Positions 31,006-40,660 of a stretch of 49,011 bases of DNA are shown piece after piece; the stretch's first letter is position 1; each line of letters opens with the position of its first letter. Under the pieces are notes generated by a model. It did no database searches. It saw only the letters and a program-made list of their open reading frames with translations, and was not told the origin of the DNA. The DNA is from a virus. The position numbers were made by a program, and so were the translations under genes. Location of the stretch: UHGV virus genome UHGV-1353889; one strand, written 5' to 3'.

Positions 31006-33113
31006 GTTTACCAGAGGGGTTTGTTCTGGATGAACAGCCTGATAACTCACAGCTTCCTGATGGCTTTGTGCTTGATGCACAACCAGAACAGCAGCAATCT
31101 CCTTTGGTTTCACTAGAGGAAAATTCCAGACAGGAAAATGTTGTTAATAATGCTAACGGCTTCGACCGTTTTATGTATGGCGTTCTCAGTGGATTGATGG
31201 ATGTTGGTAAAGGTGTTGGCCTGTTTCAGGACATGACACCAGAAGAGCAAGCCGCAATTCAGTCTCTACAGCAGAAGTTAGCGGCAAAACCATCAACCGC
31301 ACAAGATGTTGGTGAGTTCGTTGGACAAGCAGCGCCATTTGTTAGTGGTGGTGGGATTATTTCTCAGGTTCCGAAAGGGGCGGCAAGGCTGGCTGCCGCC
31401 GCAGGGCTTGGTGCTGGAGAAGGGGCTATTGTAGCCAATGGAACAAATAGCGATGTTGCTTCCGGCGCTGCTATTGGCGCTGTGGCTGGCCCTGTAGCCG
31501 AGATTGTTGGTCCAGCGCTTGGGAAGATTGCAGGAAAAATTAAAAATAGTGCCGGAGATATTTATCGCTCATCCGTAGGGATGGGTAGTAAATCATCTAA
31601 AGCAACGTTAAAGAAAGCTGCTGGCGCAATGGACAATAAATTTATCGGCGGGCAACGAGCTATTCAAGATTTCGCCGATGAAGTTAATCCTGATTTTAAC
31701 GCGATAAATGCTATTCGTGAGCTAGAACTGGAAAATTATGCCACTCCAGGCATGATCTCTAATAATCCTGCTGTCAGGGCTCTTGATAATGCAGTGGCAA
31801 GTCTCCCTGGAACAGAGATTAGTGAGGCGCATAAGCGTTTTATTACTGAATTAGGAAGAAAAGCTGATGAAATGATAACTTCATTTGGGGGAAGCCTTGA
31901 TAAGCAACTGGTTTCTGACAGGCTTGCAGATAATTTTGATAAAACCATTTCATCATTACAAAATCAGTCAGATAACATCTACAACAAAATTGCCGAAAAG
32001 GTTCCTGTAAGAGACCGGATTGAGGCAACTAATACATTGAATTTTTTAGAGGATTTTGCTGATGACATAGGTGGAATTGATGAATTATCTCCAATAATGA
32101 AGCGGACATTGAACCGACTTGATCCAAACACCTTGCCAACGTATGGGCGTTTAGATCTCGCTAGAAAGCAGGTTGGACAAGCTATTGGCAAAGGCTCTGG
32201 TCCATTCAAGGATGAAGAAACAGGTGTTCTTAAAAAGTTATATGCAGCCATAACAGATGACCAACAGGCTGTCGCAGAAAAATATGGCGCAGGGGAATTA
32301 TGGACGCTTGGTAAGGAGTTGGTAAAAAAACGAAAATCCATTGAAGATGATGCTGTAACCGTCTTGGGTAGAAAACTTCAGCAATCAGCAATTCCAAAAG
32401 TTGAAAGTGCTGTTGTTAATATGGCAAAAGGAAACGGTGGCGACTTTAGGCAATTAATGAAGTCGATTCCAAAGGATATGCGGCAGGAAGTTGCGCTCAC
32501 CTCAATGAATAAAGCATTTACCAGCTATGCCAAATCACCTGGTCAGCAATTAGGAGTTGATGGATTTGTAAAATGGTATAACGGAATGTCACGCAATGGG
32601 GCCAATATGAAGGCTCTCCGTGATGCTATTGGCACAGATGCATCAAAGCGCCTTGATACGATTTATCAAGCAGCTAAGGCTATGAATAGACTCAATACTG
32701 GTAAGCAGTATGCTAGTAGTCTTGTGGATCAGCAAGTTAATAACTTTCTGAAAGAAAAGGGTAGTCTCGCAAAAATTTATGGAATAGCCTCAAAAGCTGC
32801 TGCGGCGGAAGGTATTACAAGCTTATCTGGTCTCCCTGGTGTAGGTGCAACAGGGGTGATAACGTCTGCATTGATGTCAGGGAAAACAAGCAGGATAAAG
32901 GCTGCTGATGCTCTGCTATCTTCTCCTGAGTTTAAATCAATGCTATTTCGCCTGCAAAACGCACCAGTAGACAGAGCAGAAGTGAGACGCGCAATAGAAA
33001 GGAAACTGATGCAATCTGGGGCATTTAAGAGATGGGAGAAAACCTTATCAACAGATGAAGCAAAAACCATTGCCCGCACGGGGATTATTACATGGCTCGC
33101 TAGTGACAGTTAG
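30990..33113 (+). CDS. Ejection protein, gp16-like
   Basis: 707 aa, last gene of ejection cassette. Confidence 0.5.
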   Translation: MATNVGLPEGFVLDEQPDNSQLPDGFVLDAQPEQQQSPLVSLEENSRQENVVNNANGFDRFMYGVLSGLMDVGKGVGLFQDMTPEEQAAIQSLQQKLAAKPSTAQDVGEFVGQAAPFVSGGGIISQVPKGAARLAAAAGLGAGEGAIVANGTNSDVASGAAIGAVAGPVAEIVGPALGKIAGKIKNSAGDIYRSSVGMGSKSSKATLKKAAGAMDNKFIGGQRAIQDFADEVNPDFNAINAIRELELENYATPGMISNNPAVRALDNAVASLPGTEISEAHKRFITELGRKADEMITSFGGSLDKQLVSDRLADNFDKTISSLQNQSDNIYNKIAEKVPVRDRIEATNTLNFLEDFADDIGGIDELSPIMKRTLNRLDPNTLPTYGRLDLARKQVGQAIGKGSGPFKDEETGVLKKLYAAITDDQQAVAEKYGAGELWTLGKELVKKRKSIEDDAVTVLGRKLQQSAIPKVESAVVNMAKGNGGDFRQLMKSIPKDMRQEVALTSMNKAFTSYAKSPGQQLGVDGFVKWYNGMSRNGANMKALRDAIGTDASKRLDTIYQAAKAMNRLNTGKQYASSLVDQQVNNFLKEKGSLAKIYGIASKAAAAEGITSLSGLPGVGATGVITSALMSGKTSRIKAADALLSSPEFKSMLFRLQNAPVDRAEVRRAIERKLMQSGAFKRWEKTLSTDEAKTIARTGIITWLASDS

Positions 33114-33337
33114 TCAACTTTGGTTATTTTGCCTTCTTTTTCTTGATGAACTTTGCATCCATCATCTTTTGATAGCCAAACTAAAAACTTTAAAACCTTA
33201 AACACAAGTACGGCTACTGCAATGAAAGCACCAATCGAAATTATTGCTAGTGAAATTATTTGCATTGGTGCTTTTAATGCAGGGAAAATAGTGTAAATGA
33301 TCGCGAAAACAGTAATTATGAGGAACCATCGCTTCAC
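33110..33337 (-). CDS. Small two-helix membrane protein (sieA-position accessory gene)
   Basis: 75 aa with two hydrophobic helices; divergent from the Panacea-like gene. Confidence 0.4.
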   Translation of the reverse strand: MKRWFLIITVFAIIYTIFPALKAPMQIISLAIISIGAFIAVAVLVFKVLKFLVWLSKDDGCKVHQEKEGKITKVD

Positions 33338-33705
33338 ACCAACCTCCTTAGTTTTGAGCAGGATACCAGATGATACTTTATTGGTGGAGTGGTGTGTGAA
33401 AACGTGTCAACGACAAACCATCCACAACTTGGACGAATGATTTAGCAAAAAGTGCTATTTTTGGTGTTTGGTGTCATAGAAAAGTGAATAGCTCACTTTT
33501 CAACATTGCATGAAACTTGCAGGAAATGTGACATTACCTTATAGGTAACTTCGGCGAAAATGCAGTAAATGTGAAACGTAATGGTTTAAACATGTCGCTA
33601 AAGTGGTTGTAAGTTAGCCTCCGAAGGATTGCTGATAGCTTTGTTATAGTATTAAATGACATTTGACATAGTTGGATACTTAGCTGTGGCTATCAAGATG
33701 GAGGT

Positions 33706-34155
33706 GTGTTCATGCTTACTTGTTTTGATGTCGCCGACTACTTCCTGTCGCGGTGTGACGAGGATAGCGGTGACACAATCTCTAATTTAAAATTACAAAA
33801 GCTTGTTTACTATGCTCAGGGTTTTTCATTGGCGTTGCTTGGCGAGCCTCTTTTTCAGAATAAGATGGAAGCTTGGATGCATGGCCCTGTTGTCCCTGAG
33901 CTTTATCGCCGTTATAAACAATATGGTAATGGCGCTATCCCTTCTCCAGAGTCTTTTGATGCTGAAAAATTCAGCGAAGAACAGTTAGAGCTATTAGAAG
34001 AAGTCTGGGATGTTTTTGGGCAATTTTCTGCCTGGAAACTGAGGAACATGACACACGAAGAGTCACCATGGAGATCAAACTATATTGAGGGTGTTGGTGG
34101 TTCTGAAATTAGCTCTAAGGAGATGGCAGAGTACTTTGCAACTCGGATTAACTAA
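33706..34155 (+). CDS. Panacea (DUF4065/COG3600)-like domain protein, putative antitoxin/adaptor
   Basis: 149 aa; NLKLQKLVYYAQG ... EAWMHGPVVPELY matches my recollection of the DUF4065 signature. Confidence 0.6.
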   Translation: MFMLTCFDVADYFLSRCDEDSGDTISNLKLQKLVYYAQGFSLALLGEPLFQNKMEAWMHGPVVPELYRRYKQYGNGAIPSPESFDAEKFSEEQLELLEEVWDVFGQFSAWKLRNMTHEESPWRSNYIEGVGGSEISSKEMAEYFATRIN

Positions 34156-34159
34156 CGAG

Positions 34160-34579
34160 ATGGCAAGAAAATCTAAAAGGATTATCCCCCCTGCTGAATC
34201 TACAGGTAAGTTAAAGTTAGGGCCGCAGTCAGGGGGGAATTCAGATCAAAAGAAACCGAAGTTTTCATTCTGTTACATCCAAAGCTCTCACTGCATAACG
34301 AAATGCCAAAAAGATGAGAAAGCTGGCTTAGCTGATAAATTATACAGATTAAGTCAACTAACATGGGCAGAGATTAAGCAGCAAGGTAGGCATAAGCTTG
34401 GATTTGAGAAGATTGCAAGGGGTGCAATTAAAGCAGGTATCCCCAGTCATATAACGGAAGACGTAGATCATTTCTTGGCTTTTAGATTTGATGATTTGAA
34501 AGCCATGGTTGGTTATCGTCTTGGATCGACATTTTTTGTTATATGGCTTGATAGAGAGTTCAACCTATACAAGCACTAA
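34160..34579 (+). CDS. Uncharacterized 139-aa partner of the Panacea-like gene (candidate toxin/effector)
   Basis: ATG 5 nt after upstream stop; basic disordered N-terminus, C-terminal beta-rich segment YRLGSTFFVIWLD; terminator follows. Confidence 0.5.
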   Translation: MARKSKRIIPPAESTGKLKLGPQSGGNSDQKKPKFSFCYIQSSHCITKCQKDEKAGLADKLYRLSQLTWAEIKQQGRHKLGFEKIARGAIKAGIPSHITEDVDHFLAFRFDDLKAMVGYRLGSTFFVIWLDREFNLYKH

Positions 34580-34582
34580 TAA

Positions 34583-34607
34583 AACCCACCGTCAGGTGGG
34601 TTTTTTA
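34583..34607. terminator. Bidirectional intrinsic terminator
   Basis: Hairpin AACCCACCGTCAGGTGGGTT flanked by A-run upstream and T-run downstream. Confidence 0.65.
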
Positions 34608-34631
34608 TAAGGAGTAATCATGATTTACCCA

Positions 34632-35168
34632 TCAAACAACCCACCAGTTTGCCTGATTGGATGCCAGCCTTGCAGTTTTTATGGAATTAATTATGCCATG
34701 CTCAAGAGCCTTGTTAGCATCCAAAATGGTCGAGTCTGCTATCAGGGATGCCCACCTAATATGGGTTCCGATGTCGATATTGAACGTCTCAACGAAGCGA
34801 TCAAGATCGTTATCGAGGCATTTCCCGTACTCTCTCAGTCTGGCATGGTCGGCGGCTGGGGTGGCAAAGCCCCATAATAGAGGATGTAACAGGAATCTTG
34901 ATAATGGGTTTGCGAAACGTTCTGAGCCAGCCAGGAAAACGATATTAGCTATGGATTCAACATTGCTTATGTTGTGAGTTCTAACGGTAACAGGGAGTGA
35001 CTTAAGAAAGTTATACGCAGTAAAACCAGCGGCAGTTTCCCCTCCCTGACTTGATATATGGATATTTAATTCAGTTGCGCCTTGAGATAATGCGGTGAGA
35101 CAGTGGTTCTGAAGTTGCCCAACAGTGGCGGTGTTAACGGGGCATAAGAAATGAATTGTGTGCAGCAT
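34632..35168 (-). CDS. ClpP-like (S14-family fold) serine peptidase homologue
   Basis: 178 aa; ISSQGGETAAG parallels ClpP INSPGGVITAG; candidate triad Ser (VESIA), His (LLHPL), Asp (ILDAN); start overlaps mnt stop (TAATG). Confidence 0.6.
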   Translation of the reverse strand: MLHTIHFLCPVNTATVGQLQNHCLTALSQGATELNIHISSQGGETAAGFTAYNFLKSLPVTVRTHNISNVESIANIVFLAGSERFANPLSRFLLHPLLWGFATPAADHARLREYGKCLDNDLDRFVETFNIDIGTHIRWASLIADSTILDANKALEHGIINSIKTARLASNQANWWVV

Positions 35169-35416
35169 TATTTATCATCCTTACCATACATGGTTTTCAG
35201 CGTCTCCAGCAGCGCCTCTTTGAATTTGTCAGCTTCTTGCTGAGCAAATGACTCAACTGACTTTGGCGACCTATCTTCATCAATCGCGGCTTGCAAAATC
35301 ATGACGATCTCGGAGTTAACAGAGCGACCATTTTTTGATGCTCTAACAGCAAGAGCCTCGCGTAAAGATTCAGGGATTCTTACCGTAGTTGGAGAAATTG
35401 ACACACCCTTTGCCAT
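35168..35416 (-). CDS. mnt: Mnt-like repressor (ribbon-helix-helix)
   Basis: 82 aa; NGRSVNSEI RHH motif, same length as P22 Mnt. Confidence 0.7.
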   Translation of the reverse strand: MAKGVSISPTTVRIPESLREALAVRASKNGRSVNSEIVMILQAAIDEDRSPKSVESFAQQEADKFKEALLETLKTMYGKDDK

Positions 35417-35530
35417 AACACACCTTTGGTATTCAATTTGATATCAAAGTGTATGCAAAAAAATTTTGACTAGATATACTCACTTTGCTATCTTTTGTAT
35501 TCGAAAAGAGTTGTTTGTGTGGAGGGTAAC
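35417..35530. promoter_or_regulatory. Divergent immI promoter/operator region (mnt versus arc-ant)
   Basis: Palindrome TTTGATATCAAA and further inverted repeats between divergent RHH repressor genes. Confidence 0.45.
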
Positions 35531-35683
35531 ATGGAGAAAGAAATAAGTAAGATTTTGGTAAGGATGCCGCAGTCGTTAAAGGATGCTATCGGTAGCAGGG
35601 CAAAGGAAGAGTGCAGGTCGTTTAACTCAGAGGTTATCAAGCGCCTGATAGACAGCCTGAAGAAAGAGGGGGTGGCGATATGA
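35531..35683 (+). CDS. arc: Arc-like repressor (ribbon-helix-helix)
   Basis: 50 aa from ATG at 35531 with GGAGGG RBS; CRSFNSEVIKRLIDSLKKEGV parallels P22 Arc. Confidence 0.7.
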   Translation: MEKEISKILVRMPQSLKDAIGSRAKEECRSFNSEVIKRLIDSLKKEGVAI

Positions 35684-35862
35684 ATAAAGAAGATGGCTTT
35701 AAGTGCTCCTTCTGCGGAAAGCCTCAGCATGAATGTGCAATGTTGATTCGCGCTAAAGCAGAGATATTTATCTGTAGTGGTTGTGTATCTCTTTGCGTTG
35801 AAGCGATGGGGAAAGAGTTAAATTCTAGAAAAACAATGTTAGATGTGAACATAAAACAGTGA
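35680..35862 (+). CDS. ClpX N-terminal zinc-binding-domain-like protein (ZBD only)
   Basis: 60 aa; [10 protein letters not shown] ... [10 protein letters not shown] parallels ClpX ZBD CSFCGKSQHE ... YICDECVDLC; ATGA overlap with arc stop. Confidence 0.6.
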   Translation: MNKEDGFKCSFCGKPQHECAMLIRAKAEIFICSGCVSLCVEAMGKELNSRKTMLDVNIKQ

Positions 35863-35924
35863 AGCCCCAACTGCGGGAACAGTCAGGGCTTCGGTTGTCA
35901 GTAAATCCGTGGAGAAAAACCAAC

Positions 35925-36827
35925 ATGAATAGTATAGCAATTTTAGAAGCAGTGAACACCTCTTACGTACCATTCAACGGTCAGCAAATTATCACCGCCA
36001 TGGCTGCCGGAGTTGCATATGTTGCGATGAAGCCAATCGTTGAAAACCTCGGAATGAGCTGGGGTACTCAGCAACAAAAACTTATGAAACAACTAGATAA
36101 GTTCAAATGTATTCATATGAATATGGTTGCTGCTGATGGAAAGCTTCGTAAGCTACTCTGCCTTCCTTTGAAGAAGTTAAATGGATGGCTGTTCAGCATC
36201 AACCCTGAGAAAGTTCGTGCTGACATCCGTGATAAACTGATTCAGTACCAGGAAGAATGCTTTACTGTACTGCATGACTACTGGACAAAGGGAAAGGCAG
36301 AAAATGCACGTAAGAAAACATCTGTTGATGACAGGACTCCGCTTCGTGATGCTGTAAATATGCTAGTCAGCAAAAAGCATCTAATGTACCCAGAAGCTTA
36401 TGCAATGATTCATCAGCGTTTCAATGTGGAAAGTATTGAAGAGCTTGATGCATCTCAGATACCGCAAGCCGTAGAGTACATCCACAGGGTAGTGCTTGAA
36501 GGTGAATTTATCGGCAAACAAGAGAAGAAAACCAACGAGTTTTCTGCAAAAGAAGCAAACAGCCTTGTATGGTTATGGGATTATGCCAACCGTTCACAGG
36601 CATTATTCCGCGAACTGTATCCGGCATTAAAACAAATTCAATCGAACTATTCCGGCAGATGCTACGACTACGGTCATGAGTTCTCGTATGTTATCGGAAT
36701 GGCGAGGGACGTTTTAATCAATCACTCACGAGATGTTGATATCAATGAGCCAGACGGACCAACGAATCTTTCCGCATGGATGAGACTTAAGAATAAAGAA
36801 TTACCTCCTTCAATACATAACTACTGA
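35925..36827 (+). CDS. ant: Antirepressor Ant
   Basis: 300 aa from ATG at 35925 (GGAGA RBS), same length as P22 Ant; follows arc in immI arrangement. Confidence 0.65.
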   Translation: MNSIAILEAVNTSYVPFNGQQIITAMAAGVAYVAMKPIVENLGMSWGTQQQKLMKQLDKFKCIHMNMVAADGKLRKLLCLPLKKLNGWLFSINPEKVRADIRDKLIQYQEECFTVLHDYWTKGKAENARKKTSVDDRTPLRDAVNMLVSKKHLMYPEAYAMIHQRFNVESIEELDASQIPQAVEYIHRVVLEGEFIGKQEKKTNEFSAKEANSLVWLWDYANRSQALFRELYPALKQIQSNYSGRCYDYGHEFSYVIGMARDVLINHSRDVDINEPDGPTNLSAWMRLKNKELPPSIHNY

Positions 36828-36844
36828 CAGATAACCAACGCAAC

Positions 36845-36870
36845 GACCCAGCTTCGGCTGGGTTTTTTTA
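36845..36870 (+). terminator. Intrinsic terminator after ant
   Basis: Hairpin CCCAGCTTCGGCTGGG followed by T7. Confidence 0.7.
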
Positions 36871-37005
36871 TGCCCAAAATTCACCGCAGCAACTAAGCGG
36901 CGATTGCCTTCATGGATAGCACTACGAAATTTTCGTAGTTCAAAAACCAAACAAATACCAACCGTAGCCATGCTGCGGCGATTCCTTGTATCTGGAGCAA
37001 ATTAA

Positions 37006-39951
37006 ATGACAGACATTACAGCCAATGTTGTAGTGAGTATGCCTTCGCAACTCTTCACTATGGCGCGTTCTTTTAAAGCAGTTGCCAATGGCAAAATTTA
37101 TATCGGTCAGGTTGACACTGACCCGGTAAATCCTGAAAACCAGATTCAGGTTTATGTAGAGAACGAAGACGGCTCGCACGTTCCTGTTTCGCAACCAATC
37201 ATCATTAACGCTGCTGGATATCCGGTATATAACGGACAGATTGCCAAATTCGTAACCGTGCAAGGCCATTCTATGGCTGTTTATGATGCGTATGGTACAC
37301 AGCAGTTCTATTTTCCTAATGTGCTGAAGTATGATCCTGATCAGTTACGGCAGCAATTAGAAGACCCAGATGGAGCGAATAAATACCCAAAACTTCAGAT
37401 AGCAAGATGGAGAGACAGTTATGATGTAAGAGGTTGGGGGGCTATTGGTGATGGTGTTCATGATGATACATCAGCTCTATCAGAATTACTTTCTGTTGCA
37501 ACAGGTGGTGAAAAGATAGATGGGCGAGGGCTTACTTTTAAAGTATCAACTCTTCCAGATGTCAGTCGATTTAAAAATGCTCGTTTTTTATTTGAGAGAA
37601 TACCGGGTCAGCCTCTTTTTTATGCTTCTGAAGATTTTATCCAGGGAGAGTTATTTAAAATTACAGATACACCGTGGTACAACGCCTGGACGCAGGATAA
37701 AACGTTTGTATATGACAATGTCATCTATGCGCCTTTTATGGCTGGAGACCGCCATGGTGTAAATAACCTCCATGTTGCATGGGTTCGCTCAGGAGATGAC
37801 GGGAAGACCTGGACAACGCCGGAATGGCTTACAGATTTACATGAAAACTATCCCACAGTTAACTATCACTGCATGAGTATGGGGGTTGTCAGAAATCGCC
37901 TTTTTGCTGTAATTGAGACGCGGACCGTGAGCGGAAATAAACTGCAGGTTGCAGAGTTGTGGGATCGCCCAATGAGTCGCAGCCTTCGCGTTTATGGTGG
38001 TATAACGAAAGCAGCAAATCAGCAAGTCGCTTATATTCGCATTACTGATCACGGATTATTTGCTGGTGATTTTGTCAACTTCTCAAACTCTGGTGTTACA
38101 GGTGTTACCGGGAATATGACGGTGACTACTGTTATTGATAAAAATACTTTTACAGTTACGACGCAAAATACCCAGGATGTGGATCAGAATAACGAGGGTA
38201 GATACTGGAGTTTTGGTACATCATTTCACTCGTCACCATGGAGAAAAACCAGTCTTGGAACTATTCCTTCTTTTGTTGACGGAAGCACTCCTGTTACTGA
38301 GATTCACAGTTTTGCGACGATTAGCGATAACAGTTTTGCTGTTGGCTACCATAATGGTGATATTGATCCACGCGAGCTTGGGATACTCTATTTCTCTGAT
38401 GCTTTCGGTTCTCCTGGTAGCTTTGTTCGCAGACGCATACCTGTAGAATATGAGGCGAATGCATCTGAGCCATGTGTAAAATATTATGATGGCATTCTGT
38501 ATCTGACGACCAGGGGGACATTAAGTACTCAACCCGGTAGTTCATTGCACAGAAGCTCTGATTTAGGTACATCATGGAATTCTCTTCGCTTCCCAAATAA
38601 TGTTCATCACTCAAACCTTCCTTTTGCCAAAGTTGGCGATGAGCTGATTATTTTTGGCAGTGAGCGCGCATTTGGTGAGTGGGAAGGAGGAGAACCTGAT
38701 AACCGTTATGCAGGAAATTATCCAAGAACATTTATGACCAGAGTTAACGTCAATGAGTGGAGTCTGGATAATGTAGAGTGGGTTAATGTTACTGATCAGA
38801 TTTATCAGGGCGGAATAGTTAACTCTGCGGTTGGTGTTGGTTCAGTTTGTATCAAAGACAACTGGCTGTACTACATTTTCGGTGGGGAAGACTTTCTAAA
38901 CCCATGGAGCATAGGGGATAACAACAGAAAATATCCTTATGTTCACGATGGTCACCCGGCTGATTTGTATTGTTTCAGGGTGAAAATTAAACAGGAAGAA
39001 TTTGTTTCAAGGGATTTTGTCTACGGAGCCACTCCTAACAGAACGCTTCCTACTTTTATGTCGACGTCAGGCGTGAGGACGGTTCCTGTACCCGTTGATT
39101 TCACAGATGATGTTGCCGTCCAGTCACTGACTGTCCATGCAGGTACATCAGGAAAAGTTCGCGCGGAAGTCAAACTTGAGGGTAATTACGCCATTATTGC
39201 GAAGAAAGTACCGTCTGATGATGTTACCGCTCAGAGATTAATCGTTAGCGGCGGTGAAACAACGTCTTCAGCAGATGGTGCAATGATAACGTTGCATGGT
39301 TCCGGAAGCAGTACTCCACGTCGCGCGGTATATAACGCACTCGAACATCTTTTTGAGAACGGAGATGTTAAACCTTATCTTGATAATGTAAATGCTCTTG
39401 GTGGTCCGGGAAACAGGTTCTCGACAGTTTATCTTGGCTCCAATCCTGTGGTTACCAGTGACGGAACATTAAAGACAGAGCCGGTCTCTCCTGACGAAGC
39501 ATTGCTGGATGCCTGGGGTGACGTCAGGTATATCGCTTATAAATGGCTGAACGCTGTCGCTATAAAGGGGGAAGAAGGGGCGAGGATACATCATGGTGTA
39601 ATCGCGCAGCAACTTCGTGATGTTCTTATTTCTCACGGACTCATGGAAGAAGAAAGCACAACATGCCGCTATGCGTTTCTTTGCTATGACGATTATCCCG
39701 CAGTATATGATGACGTCATTACTGGCCAAAGGGAAATGCCGCTGACTGATAATGACGGGAGCATCATTGTTGATGAGGATGATAATCCAGTGATGGTAAT
39801 GGAAGACATCATTGAGCGCGTTGAAATAACGCCAGCAGGATCTAGATGGGGGGTCAGACCTGATCTCTTATTCTATATCGAGGCGGCATGGCAGCGCAGA
39901 GAAATAGAAAGAATAAAAGCTAGGTTAGACTTAATAGAAGGGAAGCACTAA
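37006..39951 (+). CDS. Tailspike: P22 gp9-type head-binding domain fused to endosialidase-like Asp-box domain and C-terminal intramolecular-chaperone domain
   Basis: 981 aa; N-terminus matches P22 tailspike head-binding domain; Asp-boxes SGDDGKTW and SSDLGTSW; C-terminal self-cleaving chaperone-like module. Confidence 0.75.
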   Translation: MTDITANVVVSMPSQLFTMARSFKAVANGKIYIGQVDTDPVNPENQIQVYVENEDGSHVPVSQPIIINAAGYPVYNGQIAKFVTVQGHSMAVYDAYGTQQFYFPNVLKYDPDQLRQQLEDPDGANKYPKLQIARWRDSYDVRGWGAIGDGVHDDTSALSELLSVATGGEKIDGRGLTFKVSTLPDVSRFKNARFLFERIPGQPLFYASEDFIQGELFKITDTPWYNAWTQDKTFVYDNVIYAPFMAGDRHGVNNLHVAWVRSGDDGKTWTTPEWLTDLHENYPTVNYHCMSMGVVRNRLFAVIETRTVSGNKLQVAELWDRPMSRSLRVYGGITKAANQQVAYIRITDHGLFAGDFVNFSNSGVTGVTGNMTVTTVIDKNTFTVTTQNTQDVDQNNEGRYWSFGTSFHSSPWRKTSLGTIPSFVDGSTPVTEIHSFATISDNSFAVGYHNGDIDPRELGILYFSDAFGSPGSFVRRRIPVEYEANASEPCVKYYDGILYLTTRGTLSTQPGSSLHRSSDLGTSWNSLRFPNNVHHSNLPFAKVGDELIIFGSERAFGEWEGGEPDNRYAGNYPRTFMTRVNVNEWSLDNVEWVNVTDQIYQGGIVNSAVGVGSVCIKDNWLYYIFGGEDFLNPWSIGDNNRKYPYVHDGHPADLYCFRVKIKQEEFVSRDFVYGATPNRTLPTFMSTSGVRTVPVPVDFTDDVAVQSLTVHAGTSGKVRAEVKLEGNYAIIAKKVPSDDVTAQRLIVSGGETTSSADGAMITLHGSGSSTPRRAVYNALEHLFENGDVKPYLDNVNALGGPGNRFSTVYLGSNPVVTSDGTLKTEPVSPDEALLDAWGDVRYIAYKWLNAVAIKGEEGARIHHGVIAQQLRDVLISHGLMEEESTTCRYAFLCYDDYPAVYDDVITGQREMPLTDNDGSIIVDEDDNPVMVMEDIIERVEITPAGSRWGVRPDLLFYIEAAWQRREIERIKARLDLIEGKH

Positions 39952-40240
39952 ATGTTTCGTTGGCGTCAAAAATATGAACTGCTCACATAAAGAAGTAAGC
40001 ACATTGGCAAAAAACATTGACGTCAACGAAATTAAATATAAAACATCATGCAGACATATTACCAATATTAATATAAGGTAATAAAAATATAATTTACAAA
40101 AAAGCCCGTTGGAAGCGACGGGCATTAACCGCGGTAATGGATAAATTATTAATGTTTTTAGATTGTGAACGATATCATATTGTGCGGAAGTAGTGAAGTA
40201 ACCATGTAAAATGATTGTTTCATAGCCTATGAGACACACA

Positions 40241-40360
40241 AGGCTTTGTGCTCTTCGATAGTTGTTAAGGCGGATCACTCTACCTTCTCATCAATCCAGT
40301 CCGCCCACCACTGCATCATTTCTCTGCGCTTATCGAGATACTGAGCATGGTTGTAAATTC
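40241..40360. repeat. Right copy of 120-bp direct repeat (integrase 3'-end fragment)
   Basis: 118/120 identical to 1-120; encodes last ~28 codons of integrase with an in-frame stop just upstream. Confidence 0.8.
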
Positions 40361-40429
40361 AACTAACCCAGTCCGTTGACAAAAAATTAGCGCAAGAGGA
40401 CAAAAAATCACCTTGCGCTAATGCTCTGC

Positions 40430-40660
40430 CTCAGGTCACTAATACTATCTAAGTAGTTGATTCATAGTGACTGGATATGTTGTGTTTTGTAGTATTATGC
40501 AGTCTATTATTTAGACTAAACCCTTCATAACATATTGATATTTACAGTGTTTTCTGTTTCTCGTTCAGCTTTTTTATACTAAGTTGGCATTATAAAAAAG
40601 CATTGCTTATCAATTTGTTGCAACGAACAGGTCACTATCAGTCAAAATAAAATCATTATT
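40430..40660. other. Lambda-type attachment site with P-arm-like, core (GCTTTTTTATACTAA at 40568-40582) and P'-arm sequences, i.e. attP-like rather than attL
   Basis: Core 15-mer exact; right flank matches lambda P' arm into int; left flank resembles lambda P arm (CAGGTCACTAATAC ... TTCTCGTTCAGC). Confidence 0.8.

Noticed and set aside
39952-40240. Searched downstream of the tailspike for a neuO-like O-acetyltransferase with heptanucleotide repeats; track ORF 39931..40278 on minus strand
   Set aside because: Only 290 bp of AT-rich DNA with a terminator hairpin; no heptad repeats; the 115-aa minus-strand ORF is low-complexity and overlaps the repeat boundary, judged spurious
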